Positions 27,714 to 42,501 are shown, counted from the first letter of the stretch. The stretch: 64,000 bases of DNA from Octopus vulgaris (GCA_951406725.2 OX597821.1:77190001-77254000), one strand, 5' to 3'. Made by a program: numbers and translations. Notes: generated by a model not told the origin, from the letters alone.

Positions 27714-28052
27714 AAAGGGCTTAGTAAAATAAATTACTTTGCCGCATACTGAACTCATTAGAAATAGCAGCTAAAAAAACTTTTTTAAAACTATCTCCAA
27801 TACTTAAAGAAAACCTCTCTCATATAGTGTTTGCTCAATTCACATGGGGGTAGAGACATTAAAAAATCAAATGCATTTGATTTTTTAATGTCTCTACCCC
27901 CATACTTTCGTGAGTTGAATTGAGCAAACACTATATGAGAGAGGTTTTCTTTAAGTATTGGAGATAGTTTTAAAAAAGTTTTTTTAGCTGCTATTTCTAA
28001 TGAGTTCAGTATGCGGCAAAGTAATTTATTTTACTAAGCCCTTTTATATAAT
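27706..28052. repeat. 347-bp near-perfect palindrome
   Basis: Outer arms 27706-27842 and 27916-28052 plus a loopless inner palindrome 27844-27903. Confidence 0.95.
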
Positions 28053-28142
28053 GTAATAATTTGAATTCGCCTTAAATGGTCCCTTTGTATACTGAATACT
28101 TGGTGAAATTGATTAATTAATTAATTTTACCCTCAATTGTTG

Positions 28143-28188
<46 letters not shown>

Positions 28189-28886
28189 GACTAGATTCTA
28201 CACAGTTTCCGTCCACCGAATTCAGCCACAATGTATTGGCCGGCCGGGGCTGTAGTAGAAGACACTTGCTCAAAGTGTCACATCGTGGGACTGAACCACG
28301 TGACTGCAGATCACTTTCTTAACCTTACACCCACGCTTGCGCCTATACTTCTTATTTATTTATCTCTTGTAGAAAGTTTGCATCCGGAAACACTTGAAAC
28401 AATATGTTCTTTTCCTTTTAAAACGACACGATGTAATTTGAGAGAGATTTATCGACTATTTTTAGTAGAACGAATGACCACTTCTCTGCTGTTGTTATTT
28501 GGGTGTCAGGTATATAGGGCCCTAATTCTGCTGCTGTTGTAGATTGGTCAGATATTGAACTACGTATAGCAAGACAATGATGCACTCATCTTTATAACAG
28601 TGCTCCTCCTTCTTACACCCATGAATATTGCCCATGTGTAGTACCTACTTAATATAGAGATATTAACCAGTTCAAATACTTTATAATATCTTGTGCGGCA
28701 CTTGACTTTATGACAAACCCAATGAGGGAATCTCTATGTGGTCGCGTCGCCTGCTAGAAACAATTGAAAAACCTTCCTAAAATCACACAAAAATATGTTT
28801 TAAAAACAAAAGAAGGACAATGGTTAATGTAATCTCAGATAAAACTGTTTTAGTAAAGACTGGATCGATACAACATGAACGTCTTT

Positions 28887-29196
28887 GGAAATAGGTTTAC
28901 TCATAAGAGTGAGTGAAAGTTGTGGTGAAAGAGTACAGCAGGAAATAGGTTTACTCATAAGAGTGAGTGAAAGTTGTGGTGAAAGAGTACAGCAGGAAAT
29001 AGGTTTACTCATAAGAGTGAGTGAAAGTTGTGGTGAAAGAGTACAGCAGGAATCACCACCATCCCCTGCTGGAGCCTCGTGGAGCTTTAAGGTGTTTTCG
29101 CTCAATAAACACTCACAACGCCCGGTCTGGGAATCGAAACCGCGATCTTATGACCGCGAGTCCGCTGCCCTAACCACTGGGCCATTGCGCCTCCAC
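28887..29196 (-). mobile_element. SINE family C ending in a perfect 54-bp x3 tandem repeat
   Basis: GGAAATAGGTTTACTCATAAG...GTACAGCA at 28887, 28941 and 28995; tRNA head about 29120-29196. Confidence 0.88.
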
Positions 29197-30009
29197 TTAC
29201 TCATTCATAGCTAACAGGTGACTCGAGTTCAATTCCATTGTCTTAATGCTTAGAAGAGTTAGACGTTGTCTGTCTCGCATTCGATATTAATACGATCCAG
29301 CATGAAGCGACTGGGTGGGGCTGATTGGACATTGGTGATTTGGAACAGCGACAAGACATGCAAACTGGATTGGCGACAGCACGTTTTGGCACTGCAGGGA
29401 AACAAACACACACATTCACGCACATACACTCCCAGACACGAACGTACATGCAGAAATATACACATACAGGTGGATAGAGTGTGAGAAAGAGATAGGGGTT
29501 GGGTGATATTACACAATCATACAATGATCACACACATAAGGAGAGAGACAGAGTGAGAGGAATGGAAGAGAAAAGCATTACACATGCATATAAACATAAA
29601 CAGATGCTCACACACATAAGCAGAGAGAGTGACAGGGAGATAGAGAGTAAGGGAAAGAGTGACAGAGAGAAAGAGAGTGAGTGAGAGAGAAAGACAATGA
29701 GTGAGAGAGAATGAGAGAGAAAGAGAAAAAGAAGTGAGGAGGGTGGGATAATCATTAAAACGTCTAATGTCAAATAAGTCAGCGTCGAATCAGCGATCCC
29801 AAATAAGCAGCGCCGAAACGGCTGCGCCAAAATGTCTCATACCCAATTTGATAGTTACCATTAGTATGCTAAGATAGAACATACCATTTCCTTCATAAAA
29901 GTTTGAGTTGTTATTGTTGATGTCGTGCGGCAAAAATCGGTTCTGCTCAAGCAGAACCCTAAGCAAAAGCATTCAAACTATAACCGTCCCTTTACCTGTT
30001 CTCCTTTAT

Positions 30010-30247
30010 TTGATTCAGTCATTGGACTTCGGCCATACTGGGGCTCCACCTTGAAGGATCTTAGTCGAATAAATCGACCACAGTAGTTAATTTTTTTTTA
30101 AAGTCAGGTACGTATTCTAACGTATTCTTTTGCCGAATTGCTAAGTTAGTTACGGGGACATAAACACATCAGCATCGGTTGTCAAGCGATGGTGGGGGCA
30201 CAAACACAGACACAAACATTTCCACACACACACACTCACACACAAAT

Positions 30248-30297
<50 letters not shown>

Positions 30298-30462
30298 GCA
30301 TGTATGTATACGAGGGCTTCTTTCAGTTTCCGTCAACCAAATCCACTCAAAGACCTTGGTCGGCCTGAGGCTGTAGAAGAAGAAACGTACCCAAGGTGCC
30401 ACGAAGTTGGACTGAACCCGGAACCATGTCGTTGAAAAGCAAGCTTCTTACCACACAGCCAC
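30010..30462 (-). mobile_element. SINE family B
   Basis: Reverse-complement match to 11134-11600. Confidence 0.8.
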
Positions 30463-30541
30463 GAGTGGTATATCTAAGAATAAAGTTTGGCATGGTATTA
30501 GGAAAAGCTTTTAGAAAAGTAAAAGCCAACTGGGCCTCTCT

Positions 30542-30652
<111 letters not shown>

Positions 30653-31504
30653 GAAGAGGAATGCAAGTCTGGAAGTCATACTTGGAATATGTCTCTCTGT
30701 TGATGTTCCCTGATATACGTATTCCATCGCTATACGAAGTGGCTTAAAGTTACATATTTATAGCAATCAGTACCTATTTACATAACTTTTTACCTGGTCA
30801 GTCTCAGAATGGTATCGAATTCTACATCATACATCATGTTTTAGCTCTCCGCAATTTGTTTCATAGCAAATTTTCTAAAGGGACCGCTGGCTGATAACCG
30901 CTAATAGATTTAGATATTGCTAACTAGGGAAAAAGAACAGAAAGAAAGAACAAGAGAGAAAAGAACAAGAGAAAGAAAGGAGAAAGAAAGCGATACGCTT
31001 ATAATTAAGTAGTACTTATACATCTTAAGAATGGGATTTTAAGCATGCATGTGATATATGAAGAACTCTTCTTGATAAGGAAATTGTTTAAATAATATAT
31101 TGATAAAATGGTGAGAAAGTTGTTTTCTTTTTCACAAACCAAGTGAGCAAAAGTAGCGTTCTGAGACATTTATCATGTGGCAGTGAAGCCTCGTTCGTCA
31201 CTGAAGGTGGGGCTTATTTGTAACGTTTATGCCTCTCCTAAGAGCATTTACTACGTAATTCAAAGGAAATTGTTACAACACTGATATGGAGGCAGAATCA
31301 GGTTTGTTTGCCAGGCTGCTTGCTCAATGTCTCTTCACTGATGTACACTAATGTGCAGAATATATTTATTTCTTGTTCTCTCGAACAAAATAATCCCCTT
31401 AGTGTGAAAGCTTCAGTCGAGTTTGTATTAAACTATCACTGGTATTTAAAGCAAATCAAATACAAAAACGCAACAAAAAACCCAAGGCACATTCTCAGTT
31501 AATA

Positions 31505-32060
31505 TTGGGTTGTGCGGAAAGTTCGTGCTGATTTTTAAAGGAATGAAAAAGGTCAATAAATACTTGCCATTACATTTTTAATCAACCAAATATGAGCCAT
31601 TTTGTCGCACAATGCATCCCCATCTTTCCTTTAACTTGAAAATACCCTCTTCCCAGAATTGAGGTGGTTTCATGGCAAAGAATTCATACAGGTATCTCTT
31701 TACGCCATACAAGGAATTGAAATTTTTACCAATAAGACCTGAATAAGTGGAAATCCGAAGGAACAATATCTGATGAATATGGAGGGTTGGGGTAACACAT
31801 CCCAGCCGAGCTGCAGCAATTTTTGTCTGGTTTCCAAAGCATCAAGTGCCGGAAATGAACTTTCTTATCTTCCATTTTAAAGGGTTACAGAATTAACACA
31901 GGTTATAGGAACATAAACCTTCTTCCATGAAAAGATAGCTTAAACTGTGCTCTAAATGGAGGTGTAGTCAAATCCTATTTTATGGACTCAACCATGTTCT
32001 AAAATAAGTCGAAAGGTAAGCTCCTATTATAAATCGGCACGAATTTTCCGGACAACCCAA
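31505..32060 (-). mobile_element. Internally deleted mariner element
   Basis: About 30-bp TIRs TTGGGTTGTGCGGAAAGTTCGTGCTGATTT and AAATCGGCACGAATTTTCCGGACAACCCAA with TA TSD. Residual transposase motifs PPYSSDIVPSDFHLF (YSPDL motif) and FWEEGIFKLKERW...QNGSYL. Confidence 0.92.
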
Positions 32061-32915
32061 TAACATACGCTTGACTTTCAAAATGTAAGAGTTATAATGA
32101 AAGTAAACTAAGTATTATCCGTAGCGTTGGATCTGTGTCGTCACAATGTGTAGAAGTAATGGCTCGACCTAGTGAGACTCCTTGTTCTCAAAGCTATGCA
32201 ACATATCATGTAACGCTATTCCAGAGATCAGTTTTGGCTCGAACTGAAAACAGATATTACAATCAAACTAAACTGGATATAGAAAGAAACCTACAACTTA
32301 ATAAAGAAAAATAGACTCAATATAATTATTTACTGAAGAATAAACACCGGGTTTCTTTTTTCTTTTTTTTTTTTCAAATAGGATAACAAGCATTATTTTG
32401 ACATTAGCCAACATTGACAGACAAAATATTAAGATATACCGAAAAGAACAAGATTCTAGATCACATAGCATCTGGAAATGACAAGATCCCAGCAACACTG
32501 TATACCAACACTAACCAAAACTAAATACAAGACATACCAATGTTAAATATTATGGCATACCGATTCTAAATGGAAGCATTCGCAGAAATTAATTACTTTG
32601 TCTTGTTGAAACAAACAGTTAAAAACCTATCTTGACAAGTTACAATATATACGGGTTTCTCACGGCTAAACAATGAGATCGGTTAATGTAAAAGAAGGAT
32701 CCGTTTCGATATTGAATAGAGATGTTGAAAACTAACTGGTAACGAGCCAACGAGGGAGAAGCCCTGTACGTGGTCACACGAACTACTAGAAATAGCAGCA
32801 AAATCTCCCTCAAATTACACCCTACCGTCTTGAAAAAAAAAAGGTCCGTTTATTGACGGAGTATTAAATACGCAGTTAAACGATTGGAGAGTTAAAGATG
32901 TTTTGGTTTGGCGAG

Positions 32916-32950
<35 letters not shown>

Positions 32951-32979
32951 GACAGACAGACAGACACAGGCAGGCAGGC

Positions 32980-33084
<105 letters not shown>

Positions 33085-33270
33085 TGTTTCTTTATTAGCC
33101 ACACAGGGCTGCACACAGACGGGTCAGATTACAAAGGAGAGCTTTTCTTTTTTGGAAAAAAAAAGAAGAAAAAGTGGGGTAGGTTTTCGATCAAATTACA
33201 GGGACGTAAATAAACCAACACCGGTTGTCAAATGATAGGGATGACATATAAAAAGAAACACACACAGTGC

Positions 33271-33320
<50 letters not shown>

Positions 33321-34320
33321 CTATCTATCTCTATCTATCTTTCTATATCTATCTATCTAAAAGGGGAAAAAGAAAAAAAGAAAAAAAAGGAAAAGAAACA
33401 AAGGAAAAGAAAAAAGAAAAAGGTGAAAAAAAGGAAAAAAGAAAAAAAACGATCACAGTGTCATGATGTACGGTGTAAAGGGGGAAGCAGATAAGGTTTA
33501 TCCGTGGGAAGAAAAGTCTACGGAAAAGACCACGGTAACCTCGGTCAATATTGTTACATGTTACCACATTTGTTTGCAAGTGGGTAACCCTTTGTTTTCA
33601 ATTTCTGGGTTCATAGGATTATGCTCAAGGTGGCTTCGTCATTCATACGTGTCATCCTTGCTACATTCACCCATCTTTTTTTTAAACATTCGCTAGACAA
33701 AACTTGCCTCTCAACTCTCACTTTCCTTTTCAAGTGATACTTGAAGAAGTTGATGAGAGATTGACCAGAGAGGAAAGTGTTTGTCTCCAATCCTTTCAGA
33801 CGCGTCCACAAGATACATTCTTTCGCCATAGCCACAAGGATGATGAAAATAGCTCTTCCTTCCCGTTTGAAGAAAGGAGGCGTGACAATATTGACGATAG
33901 ACTCAACTGATAAACCGACTCGTCCCACATGTGACAGCAGTTGTTCGACATAAGCCCACAGGTCGGAGATTGTTGGACACTGCACGAGGAGTGCGTGCAG
34001 AACGGTTTCGTCGCTCTAACCGCATCTCGGGCAGGTCGGCCCCGTGTTTCTCGAGCCGTGACTGTAGAGCTTATCCCGAACGGGTAGCGCTTCTCGGTAG
34101 CACTGCCAGGCCAGGGATCTCTGGAAGTTGTCCATGGGCCCTGGCCCGAAAGTCGTCCCGAACAGGCGGGTTAGGTATTCCTCGTCGACGTCCAGGTTCG
34201 CCCCGAGCTCGTCATCGTACCTCTCCTCCACTAATCCCCGATAGAATGCTTGGGTTGTGTTGGAGTCACTCAAGGTCGACCCGGGACGGTAGAGTTGCTT
34301 GAGAGCAACGCGACACTCAC
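33085..34320 (-). mobile_element. 5'-truncated Tx1/L1-clade LINE in (GATA)n, 3' UTR interrupted
   Basis: zf-RVT-like peptide [16 protein letters not shown]...CPRCG*SDETVLHALLVQCP...LWAYV. The 3' end AATAAAGAAACA runs into (TATC)n and both ends abut (GATA)n. Confidence 0.85.
33193..33358. repeat. Inverted duplication of about 34390-34575
   Basis: AAATTACAGGGACGTAAATAAACC...GTGCTTATCTATC is the reverse complement of GATAGATAAGCAC...GGTTTATTTACGTCCCTGTAATTT. Confidence 0.9.
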
Positions 34321-34321
34321 G

Positions 34322-34400
<79 letters not shown>

Positions 34401-34413
34401 GAAAGATAGATAG

Positions 34414-34495
<82 letters not shown>

Positions 34496-34603
34496 GCACT
34501 GTGTGTGTGTTTCTATTTATATGTCATCCCTATCATTTGACAACCGGTGTTGGTTTATTTACGTCCCTGTAATTTAGAGAATTTGCCAAAGGGATCGATA
34601 GAG

Positions 34604-35016
34604 TAAGTTAAGTTAAATTAATATTTTGGCTCAAAAGCAAAAAGCAAGGACATGGAGTTATGTACAGGGAGGGTGATCATGCAAAGAGTTCAGGCCATTT
34701 CTGGTCAAGAGAGACTTTGAACCGAGCGGTCGTCGGCATCTTCACTATCTCGTCCGGCAGCTTATTCCACGGATCCGCAACCCGGACGGAGAAAGCCCCT
34801 CTCCTTCGATTGAGATGAAATCGTCGCAGATAGAGCTTTTCGAAGTGACCCCGCAGCCGACGCTCTGGAGCAGGAGTGAAGAACAGCTCTTTCGAGAGGT
34901 TACACTTTCCGCTTATGATGTTGAGCAAGAATGAAATCACCACGGCGTCGTCGTTTTTCTAGAGAATAAAGGTCGAGCATCTTCAGCCTTTCTTCATAAG
35001 ACACATGCTTGAGACC
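34604..35016 (-). mobile_element. CR1-clade LINE 3' fragment nested in a SINE
   Basis: SYEERLKMLDLYSLEKRRRRGD...RGHFEKL...FSVRVADPWNKLP is the CR1 RT C-terminus; short (TTAAC)n tail. Confidence 0.9.
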
Positions 35017-35246
35017 AATAAGTACCTGACTTATTGCCAAATTCCCCCACCTCAAAATTACTGGTCTTGTGCCTGAGGCACAAACCATTATGAGCTTAAA
35101 TTTTAATCGTAAGCTTGTGGAGAAAAAGCAGGATGAAGGGCAAAGTTGATCTCGGCGGTATTTGAACTTAGAACGTAAAGAGCTAGAAAAAATTCCGCTA
35201 AGCATCTTGTCCGATGCATTAGCTTTTCTGCCACCTCGCCTCCGTG

Positions 35247-35560
35247 AAGGCGCGTGGCTTAGTGGTTAGGGTATTCGGCTCAAGATTGAGAGTTCGATTC
35301 CCAGCGGTGCGCTGTATTCTTGAGCAAGTCACTTTATTTCACGTTGCTCCAGTCCAGTCTGCTGGCAAAAATGAGTAGTATTTGTAATTCAAAGAGCTGG
35401 CCTTATCCCATTCTGGTGACACGCTGAATCTCCCCGAGAACTACTTTAAGGGTACGTGTGTCTGTGGGAGTACTCGACCACTTACACGTTAATTTCACGA
35501 GCAGACTCTTCCGTTGGTTGGATCAACTGGAGCCCTCAACGTCGTAGCCGACGGAGTACC
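35247..35560 (+). mobile_element. tRNA-derived SINE, family D
   Basis: A box TGGCTTAGTGG and B box GAGTTCGATTCCC; homologous to 22164-22725. Confidence 0.85.
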
Positions 35561-36114
35561 AGGCGCCAACTTGCAGGGTAAATTAGAAAGCATAACAATA
35601 TGACTCAGCTTGAACCTTAAACTAACTAAAGAGAATTTTTTAAAATAAAATGAACTAGTTAAGTACATTTTGTAAGGTTGAGATAATATCCTAACTCACA
35701 CGAGAACAGAAATTAAACTATTAAAACCGACGTTGACATAAGCAAGTGCTGACAGCTCTGCAGCATTAGAAATTTAACCAAATTAACCATTAGGACCCAT
35801 ACTGACATCAGCGAGTGTTGACACTTTTATACTAATCAGATCAAAACTACTGACTGCTAACTCATCTATTAACGTGATAGGCCTTTTGCTGTTATTGCTT
35901 TATTAAGGGTATGTGACGAGGGCGATGAGTTTGCTTAACGGATTTCTTCCAGCTCTATATGTACTGAATTCAAGGTCGACTTTGCTTTCCAGCCTTTCGG
36001 GGTCGATAAAATAAAGTACCAGTCGATTACCGGAGTCAATATTACTCGACTTCACCTTTTTTCGAAATTGCTGGATTTTTTGCACAAAAATTCATTGGTA
36101 GTAACATGATGGAA

Positions 36115-36342
36115 TGTGGAGGCGCAATGATCCAGTGGTTAGGGCAGCGAACTCGCGGTCGTATGGTCGCGGTTTCGATTCCCAAACAGGACATTGTGAG
36201 TGTTTATTGAGCGAAAACCCCTAAAGCACGTGAAATAAAGTGTCTTGCTCAAGAATACAACACGCAGCTCTGTCCGGGAATCGAACTCACAACCTCACTA
36301 TCGGAAGCTCGACGCTCTAACCACTGAGCTATGCGCCTTCAC
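36115..36342. mobile_element. Two truncated SINE heads in opposite orientation (family C +, family D-like -)
   Basis: GGAGGCGCAATGATCCAGTGG...GGTTTCGATTCCC followed by the reverse head GGGAATCGAACTC...CCACTGAGCTATGCGCC. Confidence 0.7.
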
Positions 36343-38260
36343 TACACATATACATAGTATATATATATATATATATATATACATGCACACACACACACAC
36401 ACACACAAGCACGCACACATACGCACACACATACATATATATATATACATATATACATATATATATATATATCAGTCGTTAACATTCTTCATGTATGGAG
36501 AATTGATTTCTAATACAGGCAGAAATATAGACATTTTAGATGCAAATGTAATCGATGAAGCTGACCCTAGTATTTAACTGGTATCTTATTTAACGTTACT
36601 GCAAGAATTATAGGCAAATTTGGACTTAGCTGAATTTTAACCGAGAATGTTGAAACCCGTCAGCATTGAAACATTTGCTGCCAAGAAGGCTTCAACCTGG
36701 AATATGTGATGCTTTAATCGGTTCACGAATCACAAAAAAAAAAAACATTTCGTTTTTCATGTAACAACAATATTGCGCGAGCGGGAGATGCTGTGTGTTT
36801 TGTCCTAGATACGAAACTAGCAAAGAAAACCTATGTACGTAGCTCTTATTGTACGAAATGGGGCATGTAGAATTAAGTGCTTTGTCTACGTTTAAGAGAA
36901 AAATTGTTTGCAGCAGATTTGAGCAGAAGAGCAGCGGTAAGTTGTTGCTCAAACTGTTAATTAGGCAACGGTAAATGCAAGTTATGAAAAAGATATCATT
37001 AAAGATAGAATAAATTGTGTTCTTACGGTTGATCTGGTTTATCTGTTAAAACTAGTAAATGATGTACGTACCATGCAGAGGTGAAATAATAGAGGTTGAG
37101 GAGAGACAGAGAGAGAGAGAGAGAGATAAGAAAATAGAGAGAGGGATGAGAGGGAAAGAGAAAGACTGGGAGGAAAAGAAAGGGTACGCGACAAAGAAGA
37201 GAAAGAGAGAGAGAACGAGAGAGAAAAAGAAAGAGAAAAAGAAAATGAGAGGGGGAGAAAGAGGAGGGAAGATTGAATGTTGTTAAAGTAAATAGACATA
37301 ATCTATTTGTGAAGGTGCGTTAAACAAACAGGGGGCAAGAGCGCTAAGGGTAACTCGTAATAATGAAGTGTTTCCTGCCTCTAAGCCCTTTTGTGTTCTG
37401 TGATGTGTTAATGGAAACTAAACATTACATTACAACTAAGAGTTTAAATGCAACACGAAAACATTTACAGATAAATTGTCAGATATACAACAGTGAATTC
37501 CGGGAGGCCATTTTCATTTAGTCGGGAGGAGGGGTAGGTTATTTTTGTTACAAAGTTTCATTCTTCTAAATTCTGCTATTGTCCATGTGTATCATCATCA
37601 GCAGCAGCAGCACCAACAGCATCATCTTCTGTATCGAAATCATCATCATCATTATCATCATTTTCGCCGCCGTCGACGTCGGCATCGTCGATATTAACTT
37701 TCATTTATTTATTTATTTATTTATTTACAGTGCCGGCATGGCTGTGTGGTAACGAAGCGCGTTTTGCAGCCACGTGGTTTCCGGTTTAGTCCCACTCCGT
37801 GACACCTTGGGTAATTGTCCCCTATAATAGCCCTGAGCCCATCAAAACCCTTGACAGTGGATACGATTGACAGAAACAATGTCGAAGCCAATTGTACACA
37901 CACACACACACATACACACATATATATATTTATTTATTTAAAAGGTTTCGAACCACTGGTTTAAACTCTAAGGTCACTTTGTAATCATAAGATTTCGAGT
38001 TCGATTCCATAGCTTGACATTTTGAATTCTTGTCTTAGACCGTAGCTTCGGGTTGAGCCAACATATACGAGCGGGACTGAGTAAACGGTAAAATGTGCGT
38101 AAGTCATGGTTGGATTGTCTCGCTAATTCAAATGTTTACGTAACACTCAGCCACTTATACGCTAATTCCATAGAAATATTTTACACTTCATCGAACTATT
38201 AAATACTCACTGTCGAAATCGGCAGGTGTATTAGTTTCACGCTCGAGAAGGTGAAAAAGT

Positions 38261-38296
38261 CTTTTACGTTTCGAGCCTACGCTCTTCAACAGAAAG
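38261..38296 (-). ncRNA. Hammerhead-like motif, same family as 8637-8672
   Basis: Exact reverse complement of the 8637-8672 motif. Confidence 0.6.
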
Positions 38297-38903
38297 GAAC
38301 ATAAGAAAATAAACACAGAGAGGATTAAAAAAAGTTTTAGTGGCCAGCGGTCAATCAGAGCGGCTGGCTGGACAGAGGTGGTTATATGGTTTGTGTTTTT
38401 GTGTGTGTGTGTGTGCTTAATATTTTGGACTAATGGGTATAGGTCGATTAACCAGACCGGGCATATAACAACATCACAACCAAACCACAGCATCTTAAGC
38501 GACACACAACTTTATGAACCCAGACTGCAAAATGGATTCAACAGATGTTGAACGGAGTTCCACCCATATACGATACGAACAGGATGGGTCGAAACCAACG
38601 TTGTACAAAACAATGATTAATACTAAATCCATCTTCTGGTTATTTACGAAATTATTATTATTATCGTTATTATTATTATTATAATTATTATTATTACTAT
38701 TGTCATTATTATTATTATTATCATTATTATTATTATTATCATTATTATTATTATTATTATTATTATATACACATACGCATACATACACAAACACATACAC
38801 ACACGCATAATGCGTGCACACATATAATACATACATACATATATATATATGTATGTGTGTTTGTATATGTATATATGTATATATGTACGTATATATATGT
38901 CTG

Positions 38904-38937
<34 letters not shown>

Positions 38938-38978
38938 CATATATATATGTGTGTGTATATACATGTATATAAATGTAA

Positions 38979-39067
<89 letters not shown>

Positions 39068-39527
39068 AACAAAGTAAAGTTGTAAGGTGCCGCACGAGTG
39101 CAAATATAATATATGAAAGAAGCTTTGAAAATGCAATTTTAAAGATTAACTTGACCGGTTTCGCTTTTTTAGAAATTGTTTGTCAAAAGTAAAATGTAAA
39201 GGGTTGTATGAGCTTTGTTGTGTTAAGTTCTGGTTATCACAAAAGTTTTAAAATACAGATATACATTCTTTGATAATAATAAGAAAATGTTAAAAGCAGT
39301 TTACTAGAAAGTATTTAAGAAAGTAATCAGAACGGGAATCCGAAAAGTATTATGAGTTCAATAAAAATCCTGTTTGTTTCGTAGTATATATATATATATA
39401 TACACACACAGAAGGAGATATATTTAAGAATTTACAAAAAATTGTAGAGGAATAACTGACCTGTCTTTCTGACATTTTGTCTTGTGTGTAGCTAAGGAAT
39501 GCTTCATTGCATTTTCAAACCTTCTTT

Positions 39528-39620
<93 letters not shown>

Positions 39621-39995
39621 ATATGCATATACATACATATATATATCTGTATATATATATGTGTGTGTGTGTGTATATGCATATACATACATAAATACAT
39701 GCATACATATATATATATGTTTTTACGTATTTTTGTATTCTTATTCGTGTAACATCGTCCGTTTTCCCGTCCTTGTTTTGTATACATTCGAGGCTTTCTT
39801 CCAAGGAATCTAATGCGCTTGGCTTAGATTTTCCTTTGGGGCTGGCCAGGTCGGAGCAATCTAAAAGATTAATAGCCGAAATTGCGAGGGTGATCCGGTT
39901 CTTGACTGAAGATTGAAGGCTTCGAATGTCCCGTTCGTGTTTTTTGTATCGTTTTCTAAATGTTTTGCGTTCTTGTCCCAGTTTGTATTTTTTTA
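39068..39995 (-). mobile_element. Penelope-like element 3' remnant (GIY-YIG fragment plus degenerate hammerhead), broken by (TA)n
   Basis: Peptide [23 protein letters not shown]...[11 protein letters not shown] (about 39718-39995) resembles the YIGQT.R.F..RY.EH GIY-YIG motif. Downstream is ACTT-TTGACAA...GAAACCGGTC-AAGT at 39149-39190. Confidence 0.55.
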
Positions 39996-40123
39996 CATAT
40001 ACATATATATATATACACATATACATATATGCAGGCTATGAAAACTAAATATACTCAATAGAGAAAAAGTTTGGTAGTGCTTGACACACACACACACACA
40101 CAAACACACATACATATATATAT

Positions 40124-40199
<76 letters not shown>

Positions 40200-40787
40200 G
40201 CACATCTATATATATTGAGAAAGATAAACAACATATACATATATACAAACCATGCAGGCGTGGCTGTATGGTAAGAAGCTTGCTTACCAACCACATGGTC
40301 CAGGGTTCAGTCCCATTGTGTGACACCTTCGGCAAGTGTCTTTTACTATATCCTCGGGCCGACCGAAAGCCTTGTGCGTGGATCTGGTAGACGGAAACCT
40401 GTCGTGTATACATACATTCATGCGTACATACTATGTATATGTATATGTATATGTATATATGCATGCATCTATGTGCGTGTGTGTTTTGTGTATGTGCTTC
40501 GCCTCCCCACCACCACCACTTGAAAACTGGTGTTGATATGCTTGCATTTCTGTAACTTGGAGTTCAACGAAGGAGACAGACAGATCAAGCATCAGGTTGA
40601 CCGACCTAAGTTCTCGATGGTGCTGCCCCAGCTTGGCCACAGTTTAGTGCTTGAAAAAACTAAAAATTATATAAAAATATATCAAAAACATACATGCACA
40701 CACACACATATGTGTGTGTGTCTCTGTGTGTGTCTGTGTTTCTGTGTGTCTTCCCTTTTTTGTATATATATAGACACACATATATAC

Positions 40788-40845
<58 letters not shown>

Positions 40846-40902
40846 CTCTTTTACTCTTTTACTTGTTTCAGTCATCTGACTGCGGCCACGCTGGAGCACC
40901 GC

Positions 40903-41390
<488 letters not shown>

Positions 41391-41694
41391 TATATGTATA
41401 TTATGCTTTTGTTCTACTTGTTTCAGTCATTTGACTGCGGCCGTGCTGGAGCACCGCCTTTAGTCGAACAAATCTACCCCAAGGCTTATTGTTTGTAAGT
41501 TTACTACTTTATAAGTCTCTTTTGCCGAACTGCTATGTTACGGGGACGTAAATACACCAACATCGGTTGTCAAGCGAAGGTAGGAGAACAAGCACAGACA
41601 CACAAATACACATACACACAACATATATATATATATATATACATACATACATGTATGTGTATATTGTATTTCGGGACGTTAATTTATTTTTGCC

Positions 41695-41742
<48 letters not shown>

Positions 41743-41828
41743 TTCTTCACTCGTTTATTCCTGTTCTTATTCTAACTTATGTCCTTATATATTGAAATAC
41801 ACACACACACACACACATACACATACAC

Positions 41829-41921
<93 letters not shown>

Positions 41922-42104
41922 CATGTTTACATACAGACGTACGCACGCGCACTTCCAACTGATAAACTTCAAACTGGAGTTAATACATCTGCAATATTCA
42001 TGTCTGAGTAGTAGTGATAACAATATACTACCACAGTTTATCTATTTGTCTATGTATCTAATCTATCTATCTATCTGTGTTTCTGTCTATTTATCTATCT
42101 ATCC

Positions 42105-42139
<35 letters not shown>

Positions 42140-42443
42140 CATCTATATATATATATATATATATATATATCTATATATATATATATGTATATGCGTCTGG
42201 CTGTCTGCATGTATGTATATATGTGTGTGCCTCTGTTCATGTATTTCAACAGACTCTCTCAAGAGAGAATAACATAGAAAACCAGGATTCCTGCAGACAC
42301 AACAGGCAAGTATTGTAAACAAAGAAATATTTTTTAAAAAGAAAACAAAAGGCAACAAGAACAAATTCATATCTCGCTCTTTCACTCCATCTACATACAT
42401 ATATGTATACATACATATTATATATATATATATGCATACATAC

Positions 42444-42501
<58 letters not shown>

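Noticed and set aside
28887-29048. Regular direct repeats (also 20280-20830, 56155-56282, 57480-57608) as CRISPR-like arrays
   Set aside because: No unique spacers, eukaryotic context, and the repeats lie within SINEs or microsatellites.
29243-29360. MSCRCSK... as the vgll first exon
   Set aside because: Lacks the VMY motif and runs to a stop with no suitable phase 0 donor identified.
33931-34302. GC-rich plus-strand 123-aa ORF
   Set aside because: Antisense shadow of the Tx1 LINE ORF.
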